DNA from: a virus
Lineage: Duplodnaviria > Caudoviricetes
Reading direction: 5' to 3' (one strand)
IMG/VR virus record: IMGVR_UViG_3300005326_000088
Coordinates: 1-38,420 of that record
DNA length: 38,420 bases
This document shows, in pieces, positions 19,985-29,886 of this stretch (the stretch's first letter is position 1; every line of letters starts with the position of its first letter). The position numbers and the translations under genes are program-made. The notes under the pieces were generated by a model. It did no database searches. It was not told where the DNA came from and worked only from the letters and a program-made list of their open reading frames with translations.

Positions 19985-22234
19985 TTAAATAATTTCAATT
20001 GACATTCCAACAATAACAATATCCCCCGCGTTGGCTGTTCCGTTTTCGCCAGTACACGCGATTGTGATTGCCGACGCTACTGCTTCGGAAGCTCCATAAT
20101 TGTATGCTCCAGATGTGTTTCCGTTAAAAATCTTAGTTGCCACATATTGCGCCGTAACCGATACAGGCAATGCCTCCGCGTCGATTTCCCACGGCGTACC
20201 ATTGAAAGAATCAGCTAGAGTACCAATTGTTGTTGAGCCAAATTTTAGCCTTACCGTCTTTGCGTTTCCGTTGGCAGCAAAATAACCAAAAGCTTTGATT
20301 TTTATTTTGCTATTAATATCTAATGTATTTGCTGGCATAGTATATGTTCCGAGGGTTGTTTCAGTCGTTGACGCAGGAGTTGATACAATTGCGGCTTGCA
20401 AAAACAAATTATCGGTTGTTTTGTGCTTATTAAGGAGTTGCCCTATCACTCTTTTTGTGCCAAACTCCGAATTGCTGATTTGGGGATTATATGGAGTTGC
20501 TCCCGATTCCATATGTATGTCATATCCAGAAATAACCCCATTGGAAAAAGCGTTGATATTGTTCATCTGTATGCCTGTTGCGCCAGAATTGATTTTTATG
20601 CCATCGTAGTTGTTACTATTTACACGGACGTTATTTAATTTAATATCTTGCGAAGAAGCGGTTATTTCAATTCCCGAACCCGTGTTGCTTCTCCCTGCAC
20701 CGTTCAAGAACGATGAATTGTTTAACCATACCCATTTCCCATCCAAATACATTCCATCTTCTGTGAATTGGTCTACAGAGAAATTTGCCAATTCAATTCC
20801 AGCGGGGTATTCTCCGCTAACAGATTGTATTTTAATGCCAGTTTTTGCCCAAGGAATTACAACGTTTGTAAAAAATACCCCCTCGCAGCGCCCTTTTACT
20901 TCAAACCCATTGCAAGTACCGTTTAATCCCCGCGTTGTAACGTTACCAATGTACGAGTTAACAAGTCTTTCAAGTGTAAACCATGCGGTTGTCGCCCAAT
21001 CGGTTGCAGATACGTCATGTTGCACCTTGTCGATTGTTAAGTCCATAATAAATGAGGTTAGCTCGTCTGTTATATCTGATGCATAAAACCTGAACCCAAC
21101 GGGTCCGGTACACCAAATATTATGAATTGTTACAACGAAACAGCGGTCAATATCAATTCCGTATTTTATATCAGTAAAAGCGAGATTCTCTAAGGTTATG
21201 TTTCTCGCCTTTGTAATGTCGATACCCTTGCAATTTATTTTACCGTTTGCCTTAAACCCTATATTGCTAATTCGTTTTGGCGTTTCTGCAAACCCTTGGT
21301 CAAACTTAAAAATAGAAACGTTGTCAGCGGTTGGAATAAGAATCGCCGTATCGGCTCCCGCACCTTTGATATTAATTGCGTGGTATGGGGGTATGCTTAT
21401 ATTTGCAGCTTTGTATGTTCCGGCGGGAAAGTATATTGTTTTACCTGAATTCGCATCAATACACGCCTGTATTCCAACTGTACTATCAGTAGCTCCTGTT
21501 TTATCTACTCCGGAATAGTTAGTTACATATACCATTCCATCCGTGAGTTTGGTACGTTCGGCGGAAGTCAATATCTTGTTGGTTGAACTCTCAACCATAT
21601 TTGCCATGCTAAATGCATCGGTATATTTGTTGTTTGGGTCGTATATTGATGCTGGCATATCTCCGGGGTCACCTTTTATGCCTTGAGGTATTCCATATGC
21701 TAAATTAATTGTTCCATTAGGATTTGTAGTCTTTGTAACTGTTGCCGAACTTCCGGCGGTAAGTGTTGTTGCTGTTGCGGTCATGCCTGTTACAGAGCCT
21801 ACCGCCGTCAAAAGCTGTTCTGTTTGTGTTGGCGTAGGCTCAACTGGCGTTGCTCCTCCAACTTCATATAGAGAATTCAACACTTTCATGGTTGTTGACG
21901 CTGATACAACAATTCGTTCAGCCGTTGTGCCATCAGTTTCAAAATCAACACCGCGAATTGTAATATTCATTTCGCCCGCGTAAACAAGCGGTTCGGCAGG
22001 AATTGGCACTATGTATGCACCGCTAACAATCATTCCGCTTGTGAGGGTTATATTGACCGGATTCACTCCGTAAGTGTCTAAGAATTGAACTATTTTTGAT
22101 GTTGTGCCATCCCACGCGCTATCAAACGTGAATGCAAGCGATACGGCGTTGAAACTTCCTGCTGCACCTGCATTTTTGCTCGATAGTTTTATGTTTTCGC
22201 CTGTTACTGTTGCTGTTATGATTCTATTTGCCAT
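19985..22234 (-). CDS. Tailspike/receptor-binding protein with beta-helix (putative depolymerase)
   Basis: BppU-like N-terminus, GIPQGIKGDPG linker, pectate-lyase-like DKTGATDST...IYFPAGTY, beta-helix repeats. Confidence 0.85.
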   Translation of the reverse strand: MANRIITATVTGENIKLSSKNAGAAGSFNAVSLAFTFDSAWDGTTSKIVQFLDTYGVNPVNITLTSGMIVSGAYIVPIPAEPLVYAGEMNITIRGVDFETDGTTAERIVVSASTTMKVLNSLYEVGGATPVEPTPTQTEQLLTAVGSVTGMTATATTLTAGSSATVTKTTNPNGTINLAYGIPQGIKGDPGDMPASIYDPNNKYTDAFSMANMVESSTNKILTSAERTKLTDGMVYVTNYSGVDKTGATDSTVGIQACIDANSGKTIYFPAGTYKAANISIPPYHAINIKGAGADTAILIPTADNVSIFKFDQGFAETPKRISNIGFKANGKINCKGIDITKARNITLENLAFTDIKYGIDIDRCFVVTIHNIWCTGPVGFRFYASDITDELTSFIMDLTIDKVQHDVSATDWATTAWFTLERLVNSYIGNVTTRGLNGTCNGFEVKGRCEGVFFTNVVIPWAKTGIKIQSVSGEYPAGIELANFSVDQFTEDGMYLDGKWVWLNNSSFLNGAGRSNTGSGIEITASSQDIKLNNVRVNSNNYDGIKINSGATGIQMNNINAFSNGVISGYDIHMESGATPYNPQISNSEFGTKRVIGQLLNKHKTTDNLFLQAAIVSTPASTTETTLGTYTMPANTLDINSKIKIKAFGYFAANGNAKTVRLKFGSTTIGTLADSFNGTPWEIDAEALPVSVTAQYVATKIFNGNTSGAYNYGASEAVASAITIACTGENGTANAGDIVIVGMSIEII

Positions 22235-22246
22235 TACTTCACCCCT

Positions 22247-22924
22247 TTATTGTAGCAATACGCCCTTGTAATAAACATCGCAGTTGAGGTCGATTCTTCC
22301 TCCCGCTTGTCCAATGCTGACGTTTCCTGTATAACCCGCGCTTGAGCCTATGTAAATTGTTCCACTTGAATCAATTGACATGTTTCCACCAGAAGCAAGT
22401 TTAATTAAAGAACCGTTTATACTGACTTCGTCATACATTCCAACTTGAACTTTGCCAGAAAGATAAACATATTTACCTGTGCTGGCTTCAATGAAAATTC
22501 CCAACGTAGGCGACGGCAATATTTGTCCAAGCGTTGTTGAGCCATTTTTAATAAATATTGAGCCGTCTTTTATTTCTACAATGCCGCCAGTGTCGTGGTC
22601 TTTGCTAACGAATTTGTCACCGTCAATAATGGTGTAAGACCCTGTTTCGTCAGCTATTCTCATGCCGTCAACGGTCACAGACAAACTTGTGAGGTCGCCG
22701 TCTAAATTGCTTACGTCAACCGCAAGCCCAGTAAACACCCCGTTGGTGTCCTTGTTTAAATTGGCAAGATTCAGCCCGCCTTGCACCATTTTTGCAACGT
22801 CGTAGTTGTAATCATTAAGTCGTTTCAGCTCAAGCGGTGTAAGGCTTATTGTGCCATCAGAATTTGGACTACCTATCAACTGTGGAGGGTCAAGCCATGC
22901 GCCTGTTGTATTTGAATTTGCCAT
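22247..22924 (-). CDS. Tail needle/tip structural protein (putative)
   Basis: Coiled coil then Gly-rich beta repeats; between nozzle and spike. Confidence 0.55.
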   Translation of the reverse strand: MANSNTTGAWLDPPQLIGSPNSDGTISLTPLELKRLNDYNYDVAKMVQGGLNLANLNKDTNGVFTGLAVDVSNLDGDLTSLSVTVDGMRIADETGSYTIIDGDKFVSKDHDTGGIVEIKDGSIFIKNGSTTLGQILPSPTLGIFIEASTGKYVYLSGKVQVGMYDEVSINGSLIKLASGGNMSIDSSGTIYIGSSAGYTGNVSIGQAGGRIDLNCDVYYKGVLLQ

Positions 22925-22926
22925 AA

Positions 22927-24327
22927 TCAATCCTCGTCAGCTTCATAAGTTAATTCCGGCTGTGTTAGCTCAAAATTTGCGCCAGAAACATTAGAAAACT
23001 TTATTTTAAATCGTCTGCCCTCAAGATTAAGCGAAAGCGTGTATAGCTTGCCGTTTGGCGTGAGCGTGACAGTTTTTGATTTTGTCTTGCTGTCAAATGT
23101 AATATCAACCCGCATTACGCCGTTGCCTTTTGCATAAAAATACAATGTATCGGCTGTTTTGGTTACTCTAAAAGCGTCCAAATCTTGCCACGGAGTTTCC
23201 CAAAATGCGTTGATGTTTGTGCCATCAAAAGTGTTTGCGGTTTCGTTAATCGAGAACACATATCCTGTCGCGTTTGTAAACAACAGCTTGTCTTCATATT
23301 CCATAAAGTCTGTGACTGCAATTCCACGCCATATCATCAAGTTTTTGGCAAGCAAATCATAGACAAATACTGCGTTATTGGTTGTGCTTGCTCCCTCCGG
23401 AAATGCACAATACAACACGTTTTTATGTATAATGCTGACGGCGTTTTTGGCATATGTCTCGTTAATGACAATATCTTTTGCCGTGTCACCAAGTAGGTTA
23501 TAAGCTGAAACACCGTTGTAATAATACAAGCCATCTTTTGACAGGAAGAACGCCCTATCCGAGCCAGATACAATCGACTTTTCGGCAATTGCGCCGACAG
23601 CGGAATATACATCTTTGACTTCATAAACTGACGGATATGTGCCGAGAACGCGACAAATTGTGTTTGTTTTGAACACTACAACATCAGAGAAAATGTTGGA
23701 AATTCCTAAGCATACGCCACCATCCCAAGTGGGAGCATCAATAACACCCGCGCCGTCTTCGGAGATTGTCCAGTTTTCGGGTCCAGTGTGACCGTCACCA
23801 ATTGTGTCCGAATAGTAAATGCTATTTGGAGTTGCTTTAACGCCTGTTCCCCAAATTCGTTCCGCATGAAGCGTGATAGACTTCATTTTAGGGGGGATTC
23901 CACCTAAATTTGCAAATGTTGTGCCATCCCACTTTTTAACATCATCGGCACCGTTTCCCATAATAACAACGTCTGTAGCGCCTATTTGATAGTTGAAATA
24001 GTCCCAATCTCCGCTAGTTAGGCTTGTTGCAAGCGCTACCCATGCGGAGGTTGTTGTATTGTAATAGTAAATAGCTGTCGCGGTTGCCGCTAACAAATAC
24101 GATGTAACCGCGCCTGTAGTTGTATTGTTTTTGTAAAACTTCATTAGGCGTGTTATGCCAGCGGGAGCCGCCGTTGCAATATACTTTGAATAGCCATTAA
24201 TGGTTTTCAATGTTCCGCTTGACACGTCAACATTCTGTGCGTTGCGCGATTGACTAACGGCAAGTATGCTATCGTCTGCGGATTGATTTAATCCACCGCT
24301 AAAGTTTGGTATTTTAAATGTACTCAT
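22927..24327 (-). CDS. Tail nozzle/stabilization protein (P22 gp10 / T7 gp12-like)
   Basis: NFSGGLN...NAQNV start, beta-propeller-like composition, position. Confidence 0.75.
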   Translation of the reverse strand: MSTFKIPNFSGGLNQSADDSILAVSQSRNAQNVDVSSGTLKTINGYSKYIATAAPAGITRLMKFYKNNTTTGAVTSYLLAATATAIYYYNTTTSAWVALATSLTSGDWDYFNYQIGATDVVIMGNGADDVKKWDGTTFANLGGIPPKMKSITLHAERIWGTGVKATPNSIYYSDTIGDGHTGPENWTISEDGAGVIDAPTWDGGVCLGISNIFSDVVVFKTNTICRVLGTYPSVYEVKDVYSAVGAIAEKSIVSGSDRAFFLSKDGLYYYNGVSAYNLLGDTAKDIVINETYAKNAVSIIHKNVLYCAFPEGASTTNNAVFVYDLLAKNLMIWRGIAVTDFMEYEDKLLFTNATGYVFSINETANTFDGTNINAFWETPWQDLDAFRVTKTADTLYFYAKGNGVMRVDITFDSKTKSKTVTLTPNGKLYTLSLNLEGRRFKIKFSNVSGANFELTQPELTYEADED

Positions 24328-24896
24328 GCGTCATATTCTCCATAGTTATATGTAGCGTTTATTCTGCGCCGAGCCATTTTGCTACCACCTTTTAATGCGT
24401 TCAAGCCCTTGTTCCACTCGCCCATCCAAAAGCCATATTTATTCAACGATGTAGTTGTACCTTTGATTTCATAGTATCGAGCGGCGGCATAATAGCAGAG
24501 CAAACGCCATGAAACGGCATCTGGGAATGGATAAATATCCAAAACATCATCCATATCATCAGGGATATATTCAAACTCAACCGAAACGATTTCTGACGGT
24601 GAAGCATTACACCATATCAAGCCGTTCTGTTCAGATGTGTCAACAAGACAATCGTCTTTTTTGACCGTCACAAGTCCCCATAACGATTTTGTGAGGTCTG
24701 CAACATCAAAGCATGAGTTATCATCAAGCGTGACATTCTCGCTCGTGGTGAGCCTTATACGCTGTGCTATGATGTTTTTCGCTTCATTCAACGCCGATAT
24801 CAAACGAGCTTCAATAACAGAAAAATCATCGTCGTCAACATCTGCCTTTATGTAGTCAGCCGCTTCGGTTATAAGCATTTGTAAAGTTGTCGCCAT
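24324..24896 (-). CDS. Head-tail adaptor
   Basis: ALNEA...LLCYYAAA pattern; between capsid region and nozzle. Confidence 0.7.
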   Translation of the reverse strand: MATTLQMLITEAADYIKADVDDDDFSVIEARLISALNEAKNIIAQRIRLTTSENVTLDDNSCFDVADLTKSLWGLVTVKKDDCLVDTSEQNGLIWCNASPSEIVSVEFEYIPDDMDDVLDIYPFPDAVSWRLLCYYAAARYYEIKGTTTSLNKYGFWMGEWNKGLNALKGGSKMARRRINATYNYGEYDA

Positions 24897-24908
24897 ACGT
24901 CACCGCCT

Positions 24909-25286
24909 TTAAAGTTTTGCACTATATTTTTCAATGTCTTTTGCAATGTCATTCATCCTATATTCCTGCTCGCGTTTGAGCTCTTTCTCTATTTTTTCGT
25001 TGTGCTTGTCCACTTCGGAAAGAACATCCCCATAAAGATTGAGCCAAGCAACTCTACCTATTTGCATAATTGTCTCGCGGTCAAAATCTTCGCATGGTGT
25101 GCGCTGAAAAATTGTGCCATTGTGAAACACAACAATTTCAGCCGTATCATTATCAATTGCAACGTCAAATAGCGGGTCGAATGTGCGGATTGTTTCGCGT
25201 ATATAGTCGCAGACTGCATTATCGTGGTCATAGCCTGTTAATCTCATAGTCATTAAGTCCGCAAGTGTTAAATTCATTAAGTCCAT
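24909..25286 (-). CDS. Hypothetical protein
   Basis: AAAGGTGA RBS before ATG 25286. Confidence 0.65.
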   Translation of the reverse strand: MDLMNLTLADLMTMRLTGYDHDNAVCDYIRETIRTFDPLFDVAIDNDTAEIVVFHNGTIFQRTPCEDFDRETIMQIGRVAWLNLYGDVLSEVDKHNEKIEKELKREQEYRMNDIAKDIEKYSAKL

Positions 25287-25300
25287 GTATTCACCTTTAA

Positions 25301-25330
25301 AGAAAAGGGGCGGTGTATTAAGCCGCCCCA
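25301..25330 (-). terminator. Intrinsic terminator after capsid gene
   Basis: GGGGCGG-loop-CCGCCCC then TTTT. Confidence 0.7.
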
Positions 25331-25345
25331 TATGTGTGTTATTGC

Positions 25346-26548
25346 TTATGCTTCTGTAATGTCGTCGATACGAACAAACGCATTACGCATGGTTGTGCCC
25401 ATGTTGGAGTACAGGCAGAGGATAGCTTCATATGCGTCATAGCCAGAGACGTATTTCAGCATGTTTCCATCCTCCTCAAGCCAGAACAGTCCGTTATCCT
25501 CACCGCTGTTGTCGCTCATGCGGTAGAATTTCAGCTTGCTTTCGTCAACAACAAAAATCTTGCCAGTAGGAGCGTTCTTGTCAGGGATAATTGGCAAGCC
25601 GTTGTAAGCGATAGTGTCAAAGCCTCCAGTTAGGGTCATTGTGTTGACAAACTGCTTCTGTGCGGCGAGAATTGCCTGATATGCGCGACGTACGCCGTAG
25701 GTGGTATACATTGCGCTTGCCTTGCCGTTGGAGTTCTGTGTAAGCGTGTCAAGTGCTTTTTGGAGAATAGTGTCTGAGATTGCACGGCCTGTGCCGCTAT
25801 TGCCCTGTACGGTTGCAATCCACCACGGATATGTGGCAACGTCAAGCCCCTGTACTGTGGTAGTTGCCGAAACAATGCCGCCAAGACCCATCATCTCAAG
25901 GTTGCGAGAGCCTGCGAGATAGACGGAATATGTATCACCGATACTTGCGGGAGTTGCAGGAGCTGTTGCAACAACGAACACGGTGGAACTTGTGATTGAA
26001 GCAACGGTTGTGCCGACAACGCCTGCGGTAGTTGCGCCAGTTGCGGTTACAAGAATGTCAATAGGCATACCGACGCGGAGCTTTGCGGTGCTGTCAACGG
26101 TGATTGAAGTTGTGGACGCACTCGCGCAAGTTGCGAGAATACCCGAACCGTCGCCAAAGAGCTGACGGGACAGGCTATCGCACATGTCGTTTGCAAGTCC
26201 TTCCATTTCGGAACGAACCGCCTTGCGGTATGCGCCCTCGTTGTTGCGAGTAGCTTTGATGGTCTGTCCGGTAATCTGGAAACGACCATACTGGTAACGC
26301 ATAGGAAGAACGCTTGCCTTATAGGACTGATTGCCAGCGGTGGGAAGCGCAGAGCCTTCGCCACGTGCGCCAATACCCTCATTGCGTCCGTAGTGTAGGG
26401 GGATTGTAAAATCCTTTCCCTGAACGGAGTCGTAATCCTTGCCGATACGGTCAAGAATAGGTGTGGAGTGGTTTATCATTTCTCCCACAACTGGGGCGTA
26501 CTGAGTTTTGATAATGTCTGCTAGTGTGGTAAGTGTGGTTCCTGCCAT
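25346..26548 (-). CDS. Major capsid protein
   Basis: 400 aa after scaffold; EGSALP, QLFGDGSG, YNGLPIIPD motifs of the HK97 fold. Confidence 0.9.
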   Translation of the reverse strand: MAGTTLTTLADIIKTQYAPVVGEMINHSTPILDRIGKDYDSVQGKDFTIPLHYGRNEGIGARGEGSALPTAGNQSYKASVLPMRYQYGRFQITGQTIKATRNNEGAYRKAVRSEMEGLANDMCDSLSRQLFGDGSGILATCASASTTSITVDSTAKLRVGMPIDILVTATGATTAGVVGTTVASITSSTVFVVATAPATPASIGDTYSVYLAGSRNLEMMGLGGIVSATTTVQGLDVATYPWWIATVQGNSGTGRAISDTILQKALDTLTQNSNGKASAMYTTYGVRRAYQAILAAQKQFVNTMTLTGGFDTIAYNGLPIIPDKNAPTGKIFVVDESKLKFYRMSDNSGEDNGLFWLEEDGNMLKYVSGYDAYEAILCLYSNMGTTMRNAFVRIDDITEA

Positions 26549-26564
26549 TTATGTAGTCCTTTCT

Positions 26565-27314
26565 TTACGGCGAACTACTCAATATCTTTCTGACATTTCC
26601 GTCCGCCTCGTCGAATGTTTTCGGTTTTGACACCATTTGAATAGGTGACGCACCGCTACCCTCTACAGGCTTGTACGATGTTTGTTTTCCGCTGATGTAG
26701 TCCTGAATCGCTTTCTGAGCAATCGCCGCTTCGTCAACTTTTGCAGGCCCCGATTTGTCGTAGACAATCAGCTTTGCGGTTCCGAGGTCGCAACCCGCTT
26801 TTTCGGCAACGGCTTTTATTTCAGCTTCATTTGCTTTGTAGAAGTCGCCCCACTTAGGGTCAGCCGATAACGCTGTGGCTTCTGCCGACATAGCTTCTTT
26901 GCGCTCGTAAGCGGAGAGCTTGTCAAGAGCCTGTTGCGCCGTACTCTTGGTAGATTGCAGCTCTTGCAAAATCTCAACAGGCACATTCTTGGTTGTGGCT
27001 TCGGCTTGCATTTCCTGATATTCAAGCGTTCTCTGCAAATCCTCATATGTCTGTATCGGGTTGCCCTCTGGCGTAGTGCCACCGAGCTTTGCAATTGTTG
27101 CGTTTACCCTGTCAAACAAAGCTTTTTCGGTTTCGGAAGTTTTCTCCTTTAGCCGCCTTGCAAATGCCTGCGTTTCGGTTTCCTGCGGTTCAACGGTTTC
27201 AATCGTAGTAGGTTCTGTAGATGCCGTGACTTCTGGTGTGGCGGGCACCTCCGATGTAGCAACGTCTACTACATCGACATTATCAGCCGAGGTTTCGGGG
27301 GTAAATTCGTTCAT
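26565..27314 (-). CDS. Capsid scaffolding protein
   Basis: Acidic, helical; between portal and capsid. Confidence 0.75.
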   Translation of the reverse strand: MNEFTPETSADNVDVVDVATSEVPATPEVTASTEPTTIETVEPQETETQAFARRLKEKTSETEKALFDRVNATIAKLGGTTPEGNPIQTYEDLQRTLEYQEMQAEATTKNVPVEILQELQSTKSTAQQALDKLSAYERKEAMSAEATALSADPKWGDFYKANEAEIKAVAEKAGCDLGTAKLIVYDKSGPAKVDEAAIAQKAIQDYISGKQTSYKPVEGSGASPIQMVSKPKTFDEADGNVRKILSSSP

Positions 27315-27377
27315 GGTATAGTTCCTCTCTCATTGGGCGAAGTTGAGGTTTTAGCAGCCCATATTTTTTTGTCGCCG

Positions 27378-29303
27378 TTACATTGCGGGCGGTGTGGAAT
27401 TCATGTTTTGTGGAGTAGGTGGAGTTGCGGTTAACGACTCATCAGCTTGCAAAGCCGTATTGCCTATGAGATTTTCGAGGTAAAAGTCCATGTGCTGTTG
27501 GACGTGGAAGTCTATAATTGCCTTAATATCGTCTGGCATCTGTGCGTATGTTTCGCTTTTGCGGAATTTGTTGTGTTCCTTAACATGAGCATCGTGGTTG
27601 TAGAAGTCGCGTACATCGGGCGACATATCGCCTTGCTGGAATTTGTCGTTTTCGGTTTGAGCCTGTGAAGCGTCTTGCTCAAATTCGGAGTAAACATCAT
27701 CAACAATTCCGAATTCCAAGACTTTCATAATCAACTGGCGGTCACGCTCGTTTGTTGGAACCAGCAAGCCGTACTGAACCATCTTGATAACGTAATCCTG
27801 CATAGCCGCTTTGCTTGTCTGATACATCGTTGACTCGTTTATGCGGAGGTCGATAGATGTTAGGTCAGAGCCTTTAAACTTAAATGACTCAACTTTTTTG
27901 TTATCACCAGCAACACGGATTGTTCGCTCAATGTCGTACATTTTCTGTATCATTTTGAGCGTATACCGCACATAATTTCGCTTGCAATCAATCGAGTTTG
28001 CAATTGACGGTGACAACTTTGTGTCGTCCTGTTCCTGCAAAAATCCAATTGCTGTTCCAGAAGTTACGCCAGTAGGAGTTGAGCCGTGCGAAGTTTCATG
28101 TTGACCAGATACAAATTCAAACTCACCATCCAGAATGTCGATATTTTTGTATACATCTGCACCAATTGATGGAGGGGTTAGGTATTCGGGCTTGCCTATC
28201 GGGTTATATTCGATGAATTGTCCGGGTTCGTTTGTTGGCTCTTCGTCAAGACAACCGCGCGGAGCTATCAATATTGGATTGCCAAAAAGGTTTTTACTTT
28301 CGATAATCTGCGAACGCGATTTGTTGTATTCGCGCTGAATTGGTATCAACTGCTCACATAAGCAAGTCGGCATAAGTCTGCCGGGCACTTTAATATGAAA
28401 GAATGGGAAGAACGGTAATTCGCGTTCTGTGTCGTCCTGTTCTCCAAAGCCAATGTCTTCATCGTGGAACAACACTTTTTCACCGCAAGTCGTTATCCTG
28501 CGACCTTTAGGGTATTTGCCAGACGGAAGCTCCCAATATTCGTGTATTACCGCCGAGTCTTTGAGCTTTTGATATGAAATGCCGTCACCGTTCGCGGAGA
28601 GTGTAATTAACTTAGCTTCATAAAGGTTGGTTGCGTTCAATCCGCTTTCGGCTTGTACTTCAACGCCATATGTGTCTTTTATGTATTCAACAGTGCGTAT
28701 CTTGTCGTGACACGCCCATTTGACATCTTTCCAAGTCGAGCATGATGTGTCGAATTTCAACTCAAAGAACGGCACAACACAACAGTCAATGTCGCCCTCG
28801 TGTCTTTGCGCGCCCTCATAAAGCTGGGTTCCGTCCTCTGCATATTGCGGCAACGCTCTTCCTTTTTGCGGGTTCCAGTAGGGCTTCATAAATGAAAGTC
28901 CTGTGGTCAGCCCCCACAAGATGTTGTCACGGTCAAGAGCCTGTAAGCCAAGTTCGTATTCAGCCCATTCAACAACCTTTTCGGCTACTCTTGCGGCTTT
29001 AATGTCGTCGTTGTCCGTGGTCGCAGGATTGACGTACATCACAAACTTGTTCTTTGTCATTTTTGCCCACTCTGTGCGGACAATTGGCTGTACTTTGTTT
29101 GCCACATATCGTACTTGCCACGCTTCACAAGGTGGTTCAACAAGTCTGTTTGACGCTCTGTCCGTCTTAATCCATTGCTTTCCGAGGAAATATGAGATGT
29201 TCAGATATGCTTGCAATTCGTAAGGTTCGCGCTTGCATTTTTCAAGCTGGTCAGTTACGAATTTTGATAAGTCTTTTTCACTGACTATCTTTGTTTCGTC
29301 CAT
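27378..29303 (-). CDS. Portal protein (P22-like)
   Basis: YFLGKQW, IQREYNK, G-x-TSGTAI motifs; follows terL. Confidence 0.88.
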   Translation of the reverse strand: MDETKIVSEKDLSKFVTDQLEKCKREPYELQAYLNISYFLGKQWIKTDRASNRLVEPPCEAWQVRYVANKVQPIVRTEWAKMTKNKFVMYVNPATTDNDDIKAARVAEKVVEWAEYELGLQALDRDNILWGLTTGLSFMKPYWNPQKGRALPQYAEDGTQLYEGAQRHEGDIDCCVVPFFELKFDTSCSTWKDVKWACHDKIRTVEYIKDTYGVEVQAESGLNATNLYEAKLITLSANGDGISYQKLKDSAVIHEYWELPSGKYPKGRRITTCGEKVLFHDEDIGFGEQDDTERELPFFPFFHIKVPGRLMPTCLCEQLIPIQREYNKSRSQIIESKNLFGNPILIAPRGCLDEEPTNEPGQFIEYNPIGKPEYLTPPSIGADVYKNIDILDGEFEFVSGQHETSHGSTPTGVTSGTAIGFLQEQDDTKLSPSIANSIDCKRNYVRYTLKMIQKMYDIERTIRVAGDNKKVESFKFKGSDLTSIDLRINESTMYQTSKAAMQDYVIKMVQYGLLVPTNERDRQLIMKVLEFGIVDDVYSEFEQDASQAQTENDKFQQGDMSPDVRDFYNHDAHVKEHNKFRKSETYAQMPDDIKAIIDFHVQQHMDFYLENLIGNTALQADESLTATPPTPQNMNSTPPAM

Positions 29304-29305
29304 TC

Positions 29306-29638
29306 TCAATCTCCTTTCGGATGTTTTTCGGAGTAATGCTTCATCAAAATGCCTTGATTGTCACAAGTAAAGTCACACTTTTTGCAATGACGGAGTGTTT
29401 TTTCTGCTGTTATTTCAACTTCTTCCGCTTCAATCGTTTTTACATCACAAGTTGTAATGAATGGTTTTTCGCCAAGCTCGACGGCTATTTTAAAGCCATC
29501 AACGAGCCGTATTTCCTTAACCGTTATAGGCAAAAACGGTGCGTTTATCTTAATTCCAACCTTTAAAATCGCTTGTTCTTCGGAATCGGCAACAACAAAT
29601 TCGTTGTATTCGCCAAAACCGCCATAATATAGCTTCAT
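29306..29638 (-). CDS. Hypothetical protein with C2H2-like zinc finger
   Basis: CKKC...H-x3-KH. Confidence 0.65.
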   Translation of the reverse strand: MKLYYGGFGEYNEFVVADSEEQAILKVGIKINAPFLPITVKEIRLVDGFKIAVELGEKPFITTCDVKTIEAEEVEITAEKTLRHCKKCDFTCDNQGILMKHYSEKHPKGD

Positions 29639-29886
29639 AACCACCGTTCTTTCTCCAAACCCTTAATAGCGGGGGGCTTTTCAATGCGCTTGATAGGCTT
29701 TTCGGCTCTCTCTTGCGCCTTAAACTCTGATAAACCGCTAGACTGTATGCGGTCAAGCAGTTTTGAGCGTTCTTCACGCCACTCTTTGCGCTCTTTTTCA
29801 AACTGCCGCATATTCAGCCACGCTAAAAACGCAGTTCCCAATGCGGAAACGATACATATTGTAAAAATCAATATTTCGGTTACCAA
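29635..29886 (-). CDS. Small membrane-anchored hypothetical protein
   Basis: GGAGG RBS, N-terminal TM, ER-x2-LLDRI motif. Confidence 0.65.
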   Translation of the reverse strand: MVTEILIFTICIVSALGTAFLAWLNMRQFEKERKEWREERSKLLDRIQSSGLSEFKAQERAEKPIKRIEKPPAIKGLEKERWL

